From contig CAVTRC010000001.1 in NCBI GenBank assembly GCA_963737065.1, positions 992,001-1,056,000 on the forward strand: 64,000 nt of DNA, written 5' to 3'. Origin of the DNA: Candidatus Eremiobacteria bacterium (GTDB lineage: Bacteria; Vulcanimicrobiota; Vulcanimicrobiia; Vulcanimicrobiales; Vulcanimicrobiaceae). Positions 10,201 through 20,000 of the stretch are shown here, piece after piece (within the stretch, counting starts at the first letter, position 1; each line of letters starts with the position of its first letter). A model generated the notes under the pieces. That model was given only the letters and a program-made list of their open reading frames with translations, did no database searches and was not told the origin of the DNA. A program made the position numbers and the translations under genes.

Positions 10201-10202
10201 GA

Positions 10203-11120
10203 CTAAAGGGCTCCGTTCGTGGTGATGTGGACCGATCCGTCTTCACTGCGGACGCGCATCGATGCGCTGCCCGCTCCGACGCGAATCGGCTGACCGCTTT
10301 GCTCGCTGCCGTCGACGACGACATGGCCGTCACCGGTTGACGCGTCGACGCTCGCATCCGAGCCTCTGAGCAAGCTCAATTCAATGCGCCCGTCCGCGGT
10401 GGTAAATGCATAACTGCCGGCCGGAAATGTACCGCTGATGTGCATCGATCCGTCGTCGGTATGCAGCGTCGCGCGCGGCGCAGCACCGGTCATTTGAATC
10501 TGCGATGCAAGAATACGGCCGTCTCTCGTGGTCGCGTCGAGGGAATTCGTATCGATATTACTCAACACGACCCGTCCGTCGTCGCTGTGCGCCGTGATCG
10601 CGCCTTTGATATCGCTGAGCGAAATGTGCCCGTCTTGCGACACGACGTCCACGCCGTTTTGCAATCCGCTGACATCATCACCGCCGCTGCGCGCGATTTT
10701 CAATTGCGTCATCGGCGGGATCGAAAGCTCGACGCGATTGGTCGTGTCGCCGATCGTAAAATGCCCCGCGGGACGATAGACGCGAACGCCGTCGAGCGTG
10801 CGCGTCACCTGCAGCACTTGCGCGTGCTGGGAGCCGAAAATCAGTCCGTGCACTTCGGTGCGATCGGTCACGTGTACGAGTCCGTCGCTCGACGGAGTAA
10901 CGACGACGTGTGAATCAACGTCGTCGATGGTCACGACGGGTGCTGGTCCCGCAGCAATCGGAGCGATCGGCGGGGCGCTATAATCCACGGCGTGGAAACC
11001 GCCGGCGGACGCAAAGCCCGCACCGCGAAGCGTGTACAGGGCCAAACCCGCGATCACGATCTCGACGGCGACGAGCAGCGAGATCAATCCCGTGCGCGAT
11101 GGGCGTTCCATCACACGCAT
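10203..11120 (-). CDS. DUF4097 beta-strand repeat (adhesin-like) membrane-anchored protein
   Basis: N-terminal TM; repeated x(S/T)xDGxI units (SQDGHI, SDDGRV, TRDGRI, TDDGSM, TADGRI, SEDGSV). Confidence 0.75.
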   Translation of the reverse strand: MRVMERPSRTGLISLLVAVEIVIAGLALYTLRGAGFASAGGFHAVDYSAPPIAPIAAGPAPVVTIDDVDSHVVVTPSSDGLVHVTDRTEVHGLIFGSQHAQVLQVTRTLDGVRVYRPAGHFTIGDTTNRVELSIPPMTQLKIARSGGDDVSGLQNGVDVVSQDGHISLSDIKGAITAHSDDGRVVLSNIDTNSLDATTRDGRILASQIQMTGAAPRATLHTDDGSMHISGTFPAGSYAFTTADGRIELSLLRGSDASVDASTGDGHVVVDGSEQSGQPIRVGAGSASMRVRSEDGSVHITTNGAL

Positions 11121-11227
11121 CAGATGCGCGGACCCCATCCCTGGAACGTCGGGCGCAGGTCCCGTTCAGTTCCTTCGACGAGTACCGCCTTCGGGAGTGT
11201 TTTGTTCAGCTTGACCGTCGTGAGCAT
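11120..11227 (-). CDS. Putative 35-aa leader ORF (MLTTVKLNKTLPKAVLVEGTERDLRPTFQGWGPRI)
   Basis: GGAGG upstream (long spacing); TGA overlaps the ATG of the DUF4097 gene (TGATG); lies downstream of an ECF promoter. Confidence 0.45.
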   Translation of the reverse strand: MLTTVKLNKTLPKAVLVEGTERDLRPTFQGWGPRI

Positions 11228-11267
11228 CGTGTCTGTTTTCGGCCTCCGTTGTTGTGCCTGTCTCACG

Positions 11268-11293
11268 TACGGTTGGCGACCCCGCTTGTTTCA
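11268..11293 (-). promoter_or_regulatory. SigW-type ECF promoter for the DUF4097/DUF6249 operon
   Basis: Minus strand TGAAAC-N16-CGTA, identical to the B. subtilis SigW consensus. Confidence 0.75.
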
Positions 11294-11303
11294 GGATCAC
11301 GTA

Positions 11304-11330
11304 CGAAACACAGGGCACGTTCGCTCCGTA
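11304..11330 (+). promoter_or_regulatory. SigW-type autoregulatory promoter for the ECF sigma gene
   Basis: CGAAAC-N17-CGTA upstream of the sigma gene. Confidence 0.6.
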
Positions 11331-11377
11331 CATGGAGCGTGTCGGCAGTGCTTGCGGAGGTGCCTCGGATAGAACCG

Positions 11378-11926
11378 ATGCACGCGGGGCCCGAGGACGG
11401 CGAACTCGTTGCGATGACGCTCGGCGGCAACCCCGAGGGCTTCGCCACGCTCGTCGAGCGGTACGACCGGGCGGTGTATCACCTCTGCTACCGGACGCTG
11501 CACAACGTCGAAGAGGCGCGTGACGCGACCCAGGAGGCGTTTTTTAAGGCCTACCGGTCGCTGCGAACGTTCAAGCCGGGTGCCAAATTCTCGACGTGGA
11601 TTTTTGCGATCGCCTACCATGCGTGTTGCGACCGGCTCAACCGGAACAAACGCTACAGCAACGAGGAGATGCCGGAACGCGCCGATCCCGGGCCGGGGCC
11701 CGAACGCGAAGCGATCGCGCTCGACGAAGCGCGTCGGCTGCGCGCCGCCATCGACGCGCTTCCCGAGAAGTACCGGACCGTCATCACGCTCTACCATCTG
11801 CAAGGAAAACAGTACGAAGAGATCGCCGAAGTGCTGGAACTGCCGATGGGAACGGTGAAAACTCATCTATTCCGGGCAAAGGAACAATTGCGCAAGCTCC
11901 TGAGCGCGGCGGAGGTAATGGAATGA
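11378..11926 (+). CDS. ECF sigma-70 factor (SigW-like)
   Basis: Region 2 (ARDATQEAFFKAYRSL, KFSTWIFAIA) and region 4 (YEEIAEVLELPMGTVKTHLFRA). Confidence 0.92.
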   Translation: MHAGPEDGELVAMTLGGNPEGFATLVERYDRAVYHLCYRTLHNVEEARDATQEAFFKAYRSLRTFKPGAKFSTWIFAIAYHACCDRLNRNKRYSNEEMPERADPGPGPEREAIALDEARRLRAAIDALPEKYRTVITLYHLQGKQYEEIAEVLELPMGTVKTHLFRAKEQLRKLLSAAEVME

Positions 11927-12294
11927 AATACGATAGCGACGACATCCTCGACCGCGCGCTTTTTGCGCTGCCGCTGGAAGAGCCGCCCGCCGACCTCCGC
12001 GCGTCGATTCTCACCGCGACGGTCTATCGTCCAGCGCCGCTCTTCAAGCCATGGGAAATCGTGCTGCTCGGTGCCGTTGCCGCGGTTGCGACGTGGCTCG
12101 TCGCGCTCGTCGTCCTCGGCGGCGGAACGCTTTTCGTGCACTCGCTCGAAGCGATCGGTTCGGCGAGCGAAGATCTGCTTTTAAACCATTCGACGCTCGC
12201 GTGGATCGCTGCCGGCGGCGCGGTCGCGATTTGGCTGTCGATTTTCACCGGATTCCAACCTGCGCCAAGGGGCGTTGACGCGCGCCGTCGCTAA
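11923..12294 (+). CDS. Putative membrane anti-sigma factor
   Basis: ATGA overlap with the sigma gene; EPPADLRASIL followed by two TM helices. Confidence 0.65.
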   Translation: MKYDSDDILDRALFALPLEEPPADLRASILTATVYRPAPLFKPWEIVLLGAVAAVATWLVALVVLGGGTLFVHSLEAIGSASEDLLLNHSTLAWIAAGGAVAIWLSIFTGFQPAPRGVDARRR

Positions 12295-12305
12295 CTTCTT
12301 CCGGC

Positions 12306-12986
12306 ATGAACGAGCCGGCGAGCGCATACAAGGTGTTGATCGTTGAAGACGACGCGGCTATCAGCCGCGTGCTTCAACTTGAACTGGAACACGAAGGCTA
12401 CGAGGTCGACGTCGCCCACGACGGTCTGGAAGGGCTCGAAAAAGCGCTCAAAGAGCCGGACCTCGTGATTCTCGATTTGATGTTGCCGCGCATGGATGGC
12501 CTCGAACTCACGAAGCGCTTGCGCGCGAAGAGCAACGTGCCCGTCATCATGCTGACCGCGCGGGATCGCGTGCCGGACCGCGTCGCGGGCCTGGATCTCG
12601 GTGCGGACGATTACCTGACGAAGCCGTTTTCGACCGACGAGTTGCTCGCGCGCGTTCGCGCGCGTCTGCGTCAAAAGCATCCGACGAGCAACAAGATCGA
12701 ATATCGCGACGTCGTGATGGATCGCGACCGTCGCGAAGTGACCCGCGGCGGCAAACCGATCGCGCTGACCGCGAAAGAGTATGCGCTGCTCGAATACTTG
12801 CTGTTACATCGAAATAAAGTGCATACGCGCGACGAACTCTTCAACGGCGTCTGGGGCAGCGATTTCCTCGGTGATTCGAATTTGATCGATGTCTACGTTC
12901 GCTATCTGCGCGGCAAGATCGACGAAGGATTCGACGATAAGCTGATCACTACGGTGCGCGGCGTCGGCTACACGATCAAAGACTAG
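12306..12986 (+). CDS. OmpR-family response regulator
   Basis: VLIVEDD, ILDLMLP, GADDYLTKPF, TVRGVGY. Confidence 0.95.
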   Translation: MNEPASAYKVLIVEDDAAISRVLQLELEHEGYEVDVAHDGLEGLEKALKEPDLVILDLMLPRMDGLELTKRLRAKSNVPVIMLTARDRVPDRVAGLDLGADDYLTKPFSTDELLARVRARLRQKHPTSNKIEYRDVVMDRDRREVTRGGKPIALTAKEYALLEYLLLHRNKVHTRDELFNGVWGSDFLGDSNLIDVYVRYLRGKIDEGFDDKLITTVRGVGYTIKD

Positions 12987-12993
12987 CGCGCGT

Positions 12994-14421
12994 ATGTCGC
13001 GTCTTTCGCTGAAGTGGCGAATTGCGGCGGCTTACGCGCTGCTGCTCATCGTCGTGCTCGCGGGTATGAGCGGCGTCATCGCGTGGCGCTTGCAATCGAT
13101 TCTCTTCGATGAGGCGCGCGCGCGCATCGACACGACGATGTCCGACATCGCGCAGCGCGTCGAAGCGACCAATCCATTTGCGCTCGGCCCGTTCGCGCCG
13201 GAAACGTTCGATCAGCTCTTCAGCAGCGCAAACCTCACGTTGTGGGAATCTCCCACGACGTTCATTCAAGTCGATAACGTTGCGGGCTATCCCATCGCGC
13301 GCACGCCGAATCTCGGCTCAACGAATATTCCGCCCAACCGGGCGATCGTCGCGGGACACGACTCGGAGTTTCGCACGCTGGTATTGAACGGGCGGCCGTT
13401 CTTGGTGGAAGACCGGCTCTTTCACGCCGGAAACGCGGCCGCGATCGTTCACGTCGCTGAGCCGCTCGATGCGCTTTATCGTACATTTCAGCAAGGCCGC
13501 CAGGCGATCGTGTTGATCCTACTTGCCGGCGCGGTCGCGGTCGTGGTCCTTTCCTTTATGCTTGCGGCGCAGGCGATCGGACCGATCACCGCGTTGTCGC
13601 AAGCGATGCGCGAAGTCGGATCCGAGCGGCTCGACGTACGGCTGGCGACGCATCGACACGATGAAATCGGAGAGCTCACGGCGAGCTTCAACGATTTGCT
13701 GGCGCGTCTCGAAGAGGCGTTTGCGCGCGAGCGGCAGTTCATCTCGGATGCATCACACGAATTGAAGACGCCGCTCACATCGATCAACGCAAACGCACAA
13801 TTATTGATGCGCTGGGGCGATCGCGACGAAGCGGTGCGGCGTGAAAGCCTCGAAACGATCGCGCGCGAGAGCGCCGCGCTCGCCGATATGGTGAACGGGA
13901 TGTTGACGCTCGCGAAAGCCGATCGTGGAGATGACGTGCCGAAAGAGCCGCTCTCACTTGCCATGGTGGCCGCAGAAGCAGTCCGCGGCGCGGCGCAGCG
14001 CGCAAGCGAAAACGGGCTGGCGCTCGAATTCGATCGTCCCGAACACTCGCCGCTTGTCGAGGGAAGCGAGCATTTATTGCGCCAGTTGATCGGCAACCTG
14101 ATCGACAATGCGATCAAATTCACGCCGTCCGGCAGCGTGAGCGTTCGCGTCGGCCGTAACGGGCACAACGCTTGGGTCGAAGTCGCAGACACCGGCCCCG
14201 GAATCGTCGACGCCGAAGTGGGCGCGGTCTTCGAGCGCTTTTATCGGTCGGACCGTTCGCATTCACGGAACGTACCGGGCACCGGTCTCGGTCTCGCGAT
14301 CGTCCGCTCGATCGCGCGCGTGCATGGAGGCACGGTCGTCGCGGCGCGTGCGCCGGAAGGCGGCGCGCTGTTTCGCGTGGAGCTCCCGGCTATCGACGAA
14401 TCGCTCACCGAGTCCTCATGA
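12994..14421 (+). CDS. HAMP sensor histidine kinase
   Basis: Two TMs, HAMP, SHELKTPL H-box, NLIDNAIKF, DTGPG, GTGLGLAI. Confidence 0.95.
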   Translation: MSRLSLKWRIAAAYALLLIVVLAGMSGVIAWRLQSILFDEARARIDTTMSDIAQRVEATNPFALGPFAPETFDQLFSSANLTLWESPTTFIQVDNVAGYPIARTPNLGSTNIPPNRAIVAGHDSEFRTLVLNGRPFLVEDRLFHAGNAAAIVHVAEPLDALYRTFQQGRQAIVLILLAGAVAVVVLSFMLAAQAIGPITALSQAMREVGSERLDVRLATHRHDEIGELTASFNDLLARLEEAFARERQFISDASHELKTPLTSINANAQLLMRWGDRDEAVRRESLETIARESAALADMVNGMLTLAKADRGDDVPKEPLSLAMVAAEAVRGAAQRASENGLALEFDRPEHSPLVEGSEHLLRQLIGNLIDNAIKFTPSGSVSVRVGRNGHNAWVEVADTGPGIVDAEVGAVFERFYRSDRSHSRNVPGTGLGLAIVRSIARVHGGTVVAARAPEGGALFRVELPAIDESLTESS

Positions 14422-14453
14422 TGGGCCCGCGCGGGCGAACGTACAATCGCATC

Positions 14454-15401
14454 GTGGGGTTACACCGATGGCGGCGGGAGCTTGCGGGCATCCTGTTCGT
14501 TTTTCTGTTGGCGGCGACGATCGCGGGGCGCGCGGATGCTGATACGCAGAGCATTGCGACGTCGGGTGCACCGGTCGTCTTCGCGCAGCTTCAGGCCGGG
14601 ATCGTCACCGTTCGGACGTGGAACCGCACCGACGTGCAGATCGAAGCCGATCCGACGATCGACGTTCACCATGTCGATCGAGTTCCGGCCAACCGGTCGG
14701 CGGCGTTTACGTTCTTCGCGCAAACCGTCGAGACGCCCGACGGTCCGCTCGTTTTGCCGCCTGAGCCGTTCTTGATTCAGCCGCTCGATGCGTCGCCGCA
14801 CGACGCTGTCGCATTCAGTGGGTACGGGAATTTGACGCTCACGGTTCCGAGCGGATCGCCGTTGCTCGTGATGCACGTCGGACGAGGTGAAGTATTGATC
14901 GACGGCTATCATGGCGGCACGTTCTTTACGACTGTGCGTGCCGGTTTATTGCGGCTGAACGATGTCAGCGGCACGGGAGGTTTCCAAGTGAACAATGGTC
15001 CCGCGATCGTTCGTAATTCCACGTTCGATCGCGTGCGCGCGCGCACGGGACGCGGCAACATGTTTTTCGAGAATTGCACCGCGCGGCAAATTGAAGCGAC
15101 CAGCTTGACCGGGTCGATCGTCTACGACAACGGCAGCTTTCAACCCGGACTTGCGCGCTTCGAAAGCGAGCGCGGGAACATCGCGCTCGGCATCGCGCGC
15201 GGCGGCGCACAGATCGACGCGCACAGCGGCGACGGCCGCGTCCTTTCCGAAGGATCGTTTCAATCCGGTCCCGTCGTTACCGCAACGACCGTGCGCGGCG
15301 CAGTTATCTATTACAACGGGTCGATTCGCTCGCACCCGAAGCTTCGGCGAGCATTTCCGATGCGCATGAAGCCGCCAAAGCCCGTGCGGACGCCGCGCTA
15401 G
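14454..15401 (+). CDS. Secreted DUF4097-like beta-repeat protein
   Basis: Signal peptide ending ADA; repeats TGRGNM, SLTGSI, SERGNI, SGDGRV; GTG 14454 preceded by TACAAT-N6. Confidence 0.6.
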   Translation: MGLHRWRRELAGILFVFLLAATIAGRADADTQSIATSGAPVVFAQLQAGIVTVRTWNRTDVQIEADPTIDVHHVDRVPANRSAAFTFFAQTVETPDGPLVLPPEPFLIQPLDASPHDAVAFSGYGNLTLTVPSGSPLLVMHVGRGEVLIDGYHGGTFFTTVRAGLLRLNDVSGTGGFQVNNGPAIVRNSTFDRVRARTGRGNMFFENCTARQIEATSLTGSIVYDNGSFQPGLARFESERGNIALGIARGGAQIDAHSGDGRVLSEGSFQSGPVVTATTVRGAVIYYNGSIRSHPKLRRAFPMRMKPPKPVRTPR

Positions 15402-16093
15402 GCAGGCGCTTCGAACGTGCCCGGGCTCTTGTCCGTGCCTTTCCACTCCAGCGTGCGCTCCGGGGTCGCATCGGAAAGCGCGCGACGCAGGTGTTCCGCA
15501 TCGTAATCGTTCGTATAGACCGGTGACCCCGGTTGCTGTCGCCATGACTGCGCGAGCGTGCCGGCGTCGACCGCATCGAATCCGATTTCGTTGATGAGCT
15601 GCATCACGACCGCCTTCGCTTTGGGGTCGTCGCCCGCAACGGGAAGCGCGACGCGCCCGGGAGTTCCCGCGGGTTTTCCGTTGTCTTGTAAGTGCTGCGC
15701 ATAGATGTTGTTGAAGGCCTTGACCACGGGGCGGCCGATTTGCGTCGACACCCACTGACTTTCGGTCATACCATTTTCGATCGGTTCGATGCGTCCGTCG
15801 CGTTGGCGTGGATAGTAATTCCCGGTGTCGATCACGACAACGTTGTCTGAAATGCCCGAAAATAAGTCTTTCGGCAGCTCCGGAATGTTTTTTTCCGGAA
15901 TCGTGACGACAACCACGTCGCGTCCGCGTGCTGCCTCGTGTACCGTCACCGCTTTAGCGCCCGTTTCCGAAGCGAGATCGCGCAGCGACTCCCGACCGCG
16001 CGAATTTGAAACCGCAACGTCGTGACCGGCGGCACGAAACCGGCGCGTGAGCGCGCTTCCGATGTTTCCCGCTCCGATGATGCCGATCTTCAT
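15398..16093 (-). CDS. NADP oxidoreductase (F420-dependent NADP reductase family)
   Basis: IGIIGAGNIG, DTGNYYP.RDG, VVKAFNNI, SWRQQPGSP. Confidence 0.88.
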   Translation of the reverse strand: MKIGIIGAGNIGSALTRRFRAAGHDVAVSNSRGRESLRDLASETGAKAVTVHEAARGRDVVVVTIPEKNIPELPKDLFSGISDNVVVIDTGNYYPRQRDGRIEPIENGMTESQWVSTQIGRPVVKAFNNIYAQHLQDNGKPAGTPGRVALPVAGDDPKAKAVVMQLINEIGFDAVDAGTLAQSWRQQPGSPVYTNDYDAEHLRRALSDATPERTLEWKGTDKSPGTFEAPA

Positions 16094-16169
16094 ATTCCGT
16101 TCTCCTCAGCGGGCGTACACTTGCCTTATGACGCCGTCACCGTTCAATTGGTTCGTTCGCTAGTCGACT

Positions 16170-17639
16170 ATGCGTAGTCGCGTGCCCGTCGCTTTCGTGA
16201 TGGCGACAATGCTTACTGCGTGTGGCGGCGGCTCCGGTGCGCCTGTACCGTCGGCGCCTTCGCCTGCTCCGAATACGCCGCCGCCTTCGCAAATCGTTCG
16301 CATCAGCGCCGATTCGTTTACCGATCCGCTCGGGGAACATGACACGGAAGTCGAACCCTCCGCGGCCGTCCACGGTGACACCATCGTCGCCGCATTTCAA
16401 GTCGCGCGACAGTTCGTCGCCGGAGGCTCGGCGATTGGAGTTGCGACGTCGAGTAACGGCGGACGCAGCTGGTTCAGTACAACGTTGCCCGGCATTACGA
16501 AGATCACGGGCGGAAGCGCCGATAGCGCGAGCGATGCGGCGGTCGCGTATGACGCGGCACACGGCGCGTGGTTGGTTTCCACGATTCCGATCGTCAACCG
16601 AGACGTTCCGTACCCCGAGGTAAGCCGATCGGCCGACGGTACGATCTGGAATCAACCGGTGCGCGTCGGCACCGGCGATATCAATGACGATAAGGATTGG
16701 ATCGCATGCGATAACGTTGCGTCGAGCCCCGACTTCGGACATTGCTACGTCAGCTGGGATGATGCGGGCCGAAACGGTCTTCTGGAAGTAAGCACGACGG
16801 TCGACGGCGGCGCGACATGGAGTGCGCCGCGCACGAGCAATGACTCGGCAACCGGGATCGGCGCGCAGGCGGTACCGCTTCCGAGCGGCGATGTCGTCGT
16901 GGTGAGCGACGACTACGATGAAGCAAACGTCGTTGCGGTTACCTCTCACGACGGCGGTAGAACGTTCGGCGCAGCAACGCGGGTAGCCGCAATCATCGAT
17001 CATCTTCAAGCCGGCAATCTGCGCAGTGGTCCGCTCGTCTCGACGGCCGTCGATGAATCAGGAACGATTTATGCCGTTTGGCAAGATTGCCGCTTTGAAA
17101 CGGCGTGCGCGAGCGACGATCTGGTTCTCAGCACTTCGCGCGACGGAACGCAATGGACAACTCCGCAGCGCGTGCCGCTCGATCCGATCGGCAGCGGCGT
17201 CGATCATTTTATCCCGGGACTTGGAGCCGATCCGAACACGGGCGGTTCGAGCGCGCATCTTGGCGTCTCGTACTACTCGTACGCGAGCACGTCGTGCACC
17301 GCATCGTGCTTGCTCTCGATCGATTATGCCGCTTCGCCGGACCGCGGAAGAACCTGGACGGCTGCCGCTTCCGGCGCCGATACAATGACTCCGGCGTGGC
17401 TTGCGACGACCAACGAAGGCCGAATGGTGGCAGACTACGTCGCATCGGTATTCGCCCTCGGTGCACCGCTCGCAATTTACACGCAAGCGTCGATGCCGGG
17501 TACGCTTTTGAATGAGGCGACGTACGCATGGTCCCCGAACGTCGAGCTCGCGCGAGCTTCGAGAACTTCGCTTGCAGATCGCGCCATCCCAGGCGCACAT
17601 TCCGATCGTCCGAAGCGCCGGCTGATTCCGACGCGGTAA
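16170..17639 (+). CDS. Sialidase-like (BNR/Asp-box) lipoprotein
   Basis: Lipobox LTAC; Asp boxes SNGGRSW, TVDGGATW, SHDGGRTF, SRDGTQW, SPDRGRTW. Confidence 0.75.
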   Translation: MRSRVPVAFVMATMLTACGGGSGAPVPSAPSPAPNTPPPSQIVRISADSFTDPLGEHDTEVEPSAAVHGDTIVAAFQVARQFVAGGSAIGVATSSNGGRSWFSTTLPGITKITGGSADSASDAAVAYDAAHGAWLVSTIPIVNRDVPYPEVSRSADGTIWNQPVRVGTGDINDDKDWIACDNVASSPDFGHCYVSWDDAGRNGLLEVSTTVDGGATWSAPRTSNDSATGIGAQAVPLPSGDVVVVSDDYDEANVVAVTSHDGGRTFGAATRVAAIIDHLQAGNLRSGPLVSTAVDESGTIYAVWQDCRFETACASDDLVLSTSRDGTQWTTPQRVPLDPIGSGVDHFIPGLGADPNTGGSSAHLGVSYYSYASTSCTASCLLSIDYAASPDRGRTWTAAASGADTMTPAWLATTNEGRMVADYVASVFALGAPLAIYTQASMPGTLLNEATYAWSPNVELARASRTSLADRAIPGAHSDRPKRRLIPTR

Positions 17640-18065
17640 CTACAGCAAATATTTGCGCATCATCGCCATGTCGATTTTGAACGTGTGCTGTGGAAGCACG
17701 GCTTCGATACCATAGCCGCATGCTTTGAGAAACCGTTGCGCGCCGCGTTCGTGCGGCACGATCGCGGTCATCTTATGACAGTTGTAATACTTTGCAACGT
17801 CGGCCATCTCCGCCACGATCGCGCGCGCAATGCCCTTCCTGCGATGTTCCGGCGTGACGATGAGCCGTTCGATCTGACCAAGCGATGCAGCGACTTTGAG
17901 TGTGCCGGCCGCGATCAAAGCATCGACGCCGTTCACCGCAAACCCGTAGCGCGCTTGGTGCCAGACAACCGGGAACTCGTAGAACGTTCGCAAGCTCTCG
18001 CGTTCGCGCGCACGGTAGAAGTCGTCGAGCGCATCGAGCGGGACGCGCACGACGTCAAACGCCAA
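17640..18065 (-). CDS. GNAT family N-acetyltransferase
   Basis: VTPEHRRKGIA and AQRFLKACGY motifs. Confidence 0.8.
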   Translation of the reverse strand: MAFDVVRVPLDALDDFYRARERESLRTFYEFPVVWHQARYGFAVNGVDALIAAGTLKVAASLGQIERLIVTPEHRRKGIARAIVAEMADVAKYYNCHKMTAIVPHERGAQRFLKACGYGIEAVLPQHTFKIDMAMMRKYLL

Positions 18066-18849
18066 CCGCCGAGACCTCCGTCGTCAGATCGACTTCCAAA
18101 TTATCTCGTGCCGCAATCGTGCGGATGCCGAGATCGTCTTCCAGGCTCTGTGCGAGCGTACGGGGGTCGGCTTCGAGCATTTTCGTCCCGAAGTGCTGAA
18201 GAATCGCAACGCGTGGACGCACGCCTTCGACGACCGCGCGCGCTTGATCCCATGTAAGGTGATCGACGTCCATGCCGTCGCGGAAGCGAAGCACGTTGAC
18301 GATCAACACGTCCGGTTGCACTTGCGCGTACGCTTCCACCAGCTCGTCGAAGTAACGGCCGCACGGCAAGTACGAGACGCGCATCGTGCCGTGCGTGAAG
18401 TGCATGCCGTACGTTTCGACGGCGTGCACGTGCCGTATGGACGCGCGAACATCGACGTCGCCGACACGATACGGACCTCCGCGTTCGGTAACGACATCAA
18501 TGCGCTCGACGAATCGTTGTGCGTACGGCAGCACCGTCGGTTCGTGTTCCAGCGCGTCGTTCGGCGCGAGCAGCACGCCCCGTTTGCGGAATCCGCCCGA
18601 CGTCATTGCTTCGATCATCGCCGTAACGTCGCCGGCATGATCGAGGTGTTTGTGCGAGAGTGCAATCGCATCGAGCTCGCGCGGGTTGAACGGCGGCGCG
18701 TGCGACAGCGCGCGAACGAGCGCTCCCGGACCCGGATCGACGTGAATCTGCGTACCGCCGAAACGGAACCACATACCGCCCGACGCGCGCAACTGACGCG
18801 CGACGACAAATCGCGCTCCGCCGCTTCCGAGAAACGTTACCGAATCCAA
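18055..18849 (-). CDS. Metallo-beta-lactamase fold hydrolase
   Basis: FLGSGG, VDPGPG, SHKHLDH (HxHxDH), QHFG. Confidence 0.85.
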   Translation of the reverse strand: MDSVTFLGSGGARFVVARQLRASGGMWFRFGGTQIHVDPGPGALVRALSHAPPFNPRELDAIALSHKHLDHAGDVTAMIEAMTSGGFRKRGVLLAPNDALEHEPTVLPYAQRFVERIDVVTERGGPYRVGDVDVRASIRHVHAVETYGMHFTHGTMRVSYLPCGRYFDELVEAYAQVQPDVLIVNVLRFRDGMDVDHLTWDQARAVVEGVRPRVAILQHFGTKMLEADPRTLAQSLEDDLGIRTIAARDNLEVDLTTEVSAVGV

Positions 18850-18862
18850 AGCGGGACTCGGA

Positions 18863-19300
18863 TTAGGGCGCGTTACGTCCTGGTGCGGGTGCGCCGTACG
18901 CTAACGCGCGTGCCTTTCCGGATTCGTGCTTGCTCTTATAGAGCACGAAGAATTGTTCGAGATTCGTGCGATACTGCTCGAGCGCCACGCTCCACATGCG
19001 TAACGCCGCGCCGCCTGCTTCCGTAACGGTATAAATGCGGCGCGCGGGTCCTTGCTCTTTCGGATCCCACCACGACGAAATGTATCCGTCGCGTTCAAGT
19101 TGACGAAGCGCTCGATACACCGTACCGGGGTCCGTTACCACGTTGAACTTTTCCTTAAGTTCTTTCATGATTTCGTACCCGTGCAGGTTGTGGTCTTTGA
19201 GCATGACCAGCAGCCATGCCATTAAGTAGTTCTTTGGGGTTCCCCGGGGTGGTAAGCCGCTTTCGCGCGAGCTGGCGGTGGCGAAACCCGAATCGATCAT
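18863..19300 (-). CDS. PadR-family regulator, PhaQ-like
   Basis: PKNYLMAWLLVMLK..NLHGYEI, DPGTVYRALRQLE, SWWD...GPARRIY, YRTNLEQFF resemble PhaQ. Confidence 0.8.
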   Translation of the reverse strand: MIDSGFATASSRESGLPPRGTPKNYLMAWLLVMLKDHNLHGYEIMKELKEKFNVVTDPGTVYRALRQLERDGYISSWWDPKEQGPARRIYTVTEAGGAALRMWSVALEQYRTNLEQFFVLYKSKHESGKARALAYGAPAPGRNAP

Positions 19301-19505
19301 GCGGGTGCCCCGGGTGCGGCTCTGTGCTCCTCCACGAACATGCGAGTGCCGGTCCTTCCGATATGGGCCTTTCGAACTAGACCCTGTGCAACCCGGCGGT
19401 AGTTTTACGCCTGTGAAAGCCTGACCTGCGCTCAAAATCGAAGCGATCGGGGTACGCTCAGTACGAGCTGGCATTCGTTACTTCGGAATAGTGCGCTGAT
19501 TTACG

Positions 19506-20000
19506 ATGAAATACGTCCCCGCGACCGCGTTCATGCAAGATTTATTCGGCGGCTCCGTTTCGCGAACGACGGTCGTGGAGCGGCTGTTCGCCGATTCGGA
19601 TATCGCGGCGATTGCCGCGGAACATGGGGTGGAGCGCGAGAACGTTTTAACCGCGCTCGCACGCGACGAATCGAGCGCCGCCGGCAGCCGGTTGCGCATA
19701 GCAGTGGAAGCAATGCGCCGCGGCTCAACGGAAGTACCGCGTGGAAATGCGTTTCCGAAGGATCTCAGCCGGGTCACGGACGGCGGCCTCGAACTCATCG
19801 GCCTCTTCGTCAACCCGCTCGCGACGACGTCAATGATCCTCAACGCCGCACCGCCCGCACTCGACGAAGCGGCGCGCGCTATCGACCCTCGCCTATCGCT
19901 TGCCGCATTCGCGTCGCGCGTCTTTCGCGTGCTCGCGGTCCAGCATCCGCCGCTCGCGCACGCGCTGACGAACGCGGCTAATGCACTGGAACGTGCTTAG
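19506..20000 (+). CDS. Hypothetical protein
   Basis: 164-aa ORF filling the gap between annotated genes; no recognised motif. Confidence 0.55.
   Translation: MKYVPATAFMQDLFGGSVSRTTVVERLFADSDIAAIAAEHGVERENVLTALARDESSAAGSRLRIAVEAMRRGSTEVPRGNAFPKDLSRVTDGGLELIGLFVNPLATTSMILNAAPPALDEAARAIDPRLSLAAFASRVFRVLAVQHPPLAHALTNAANALERA

Noticed and set aside
19350..19400. GCACAGGG...UUCGAAAG on the minus strand, reminiscent of a c-di-GMP-I riboswitch
   Set aside because: Lacks the GCAAA and ACGCAAAGC elements and the second stem.
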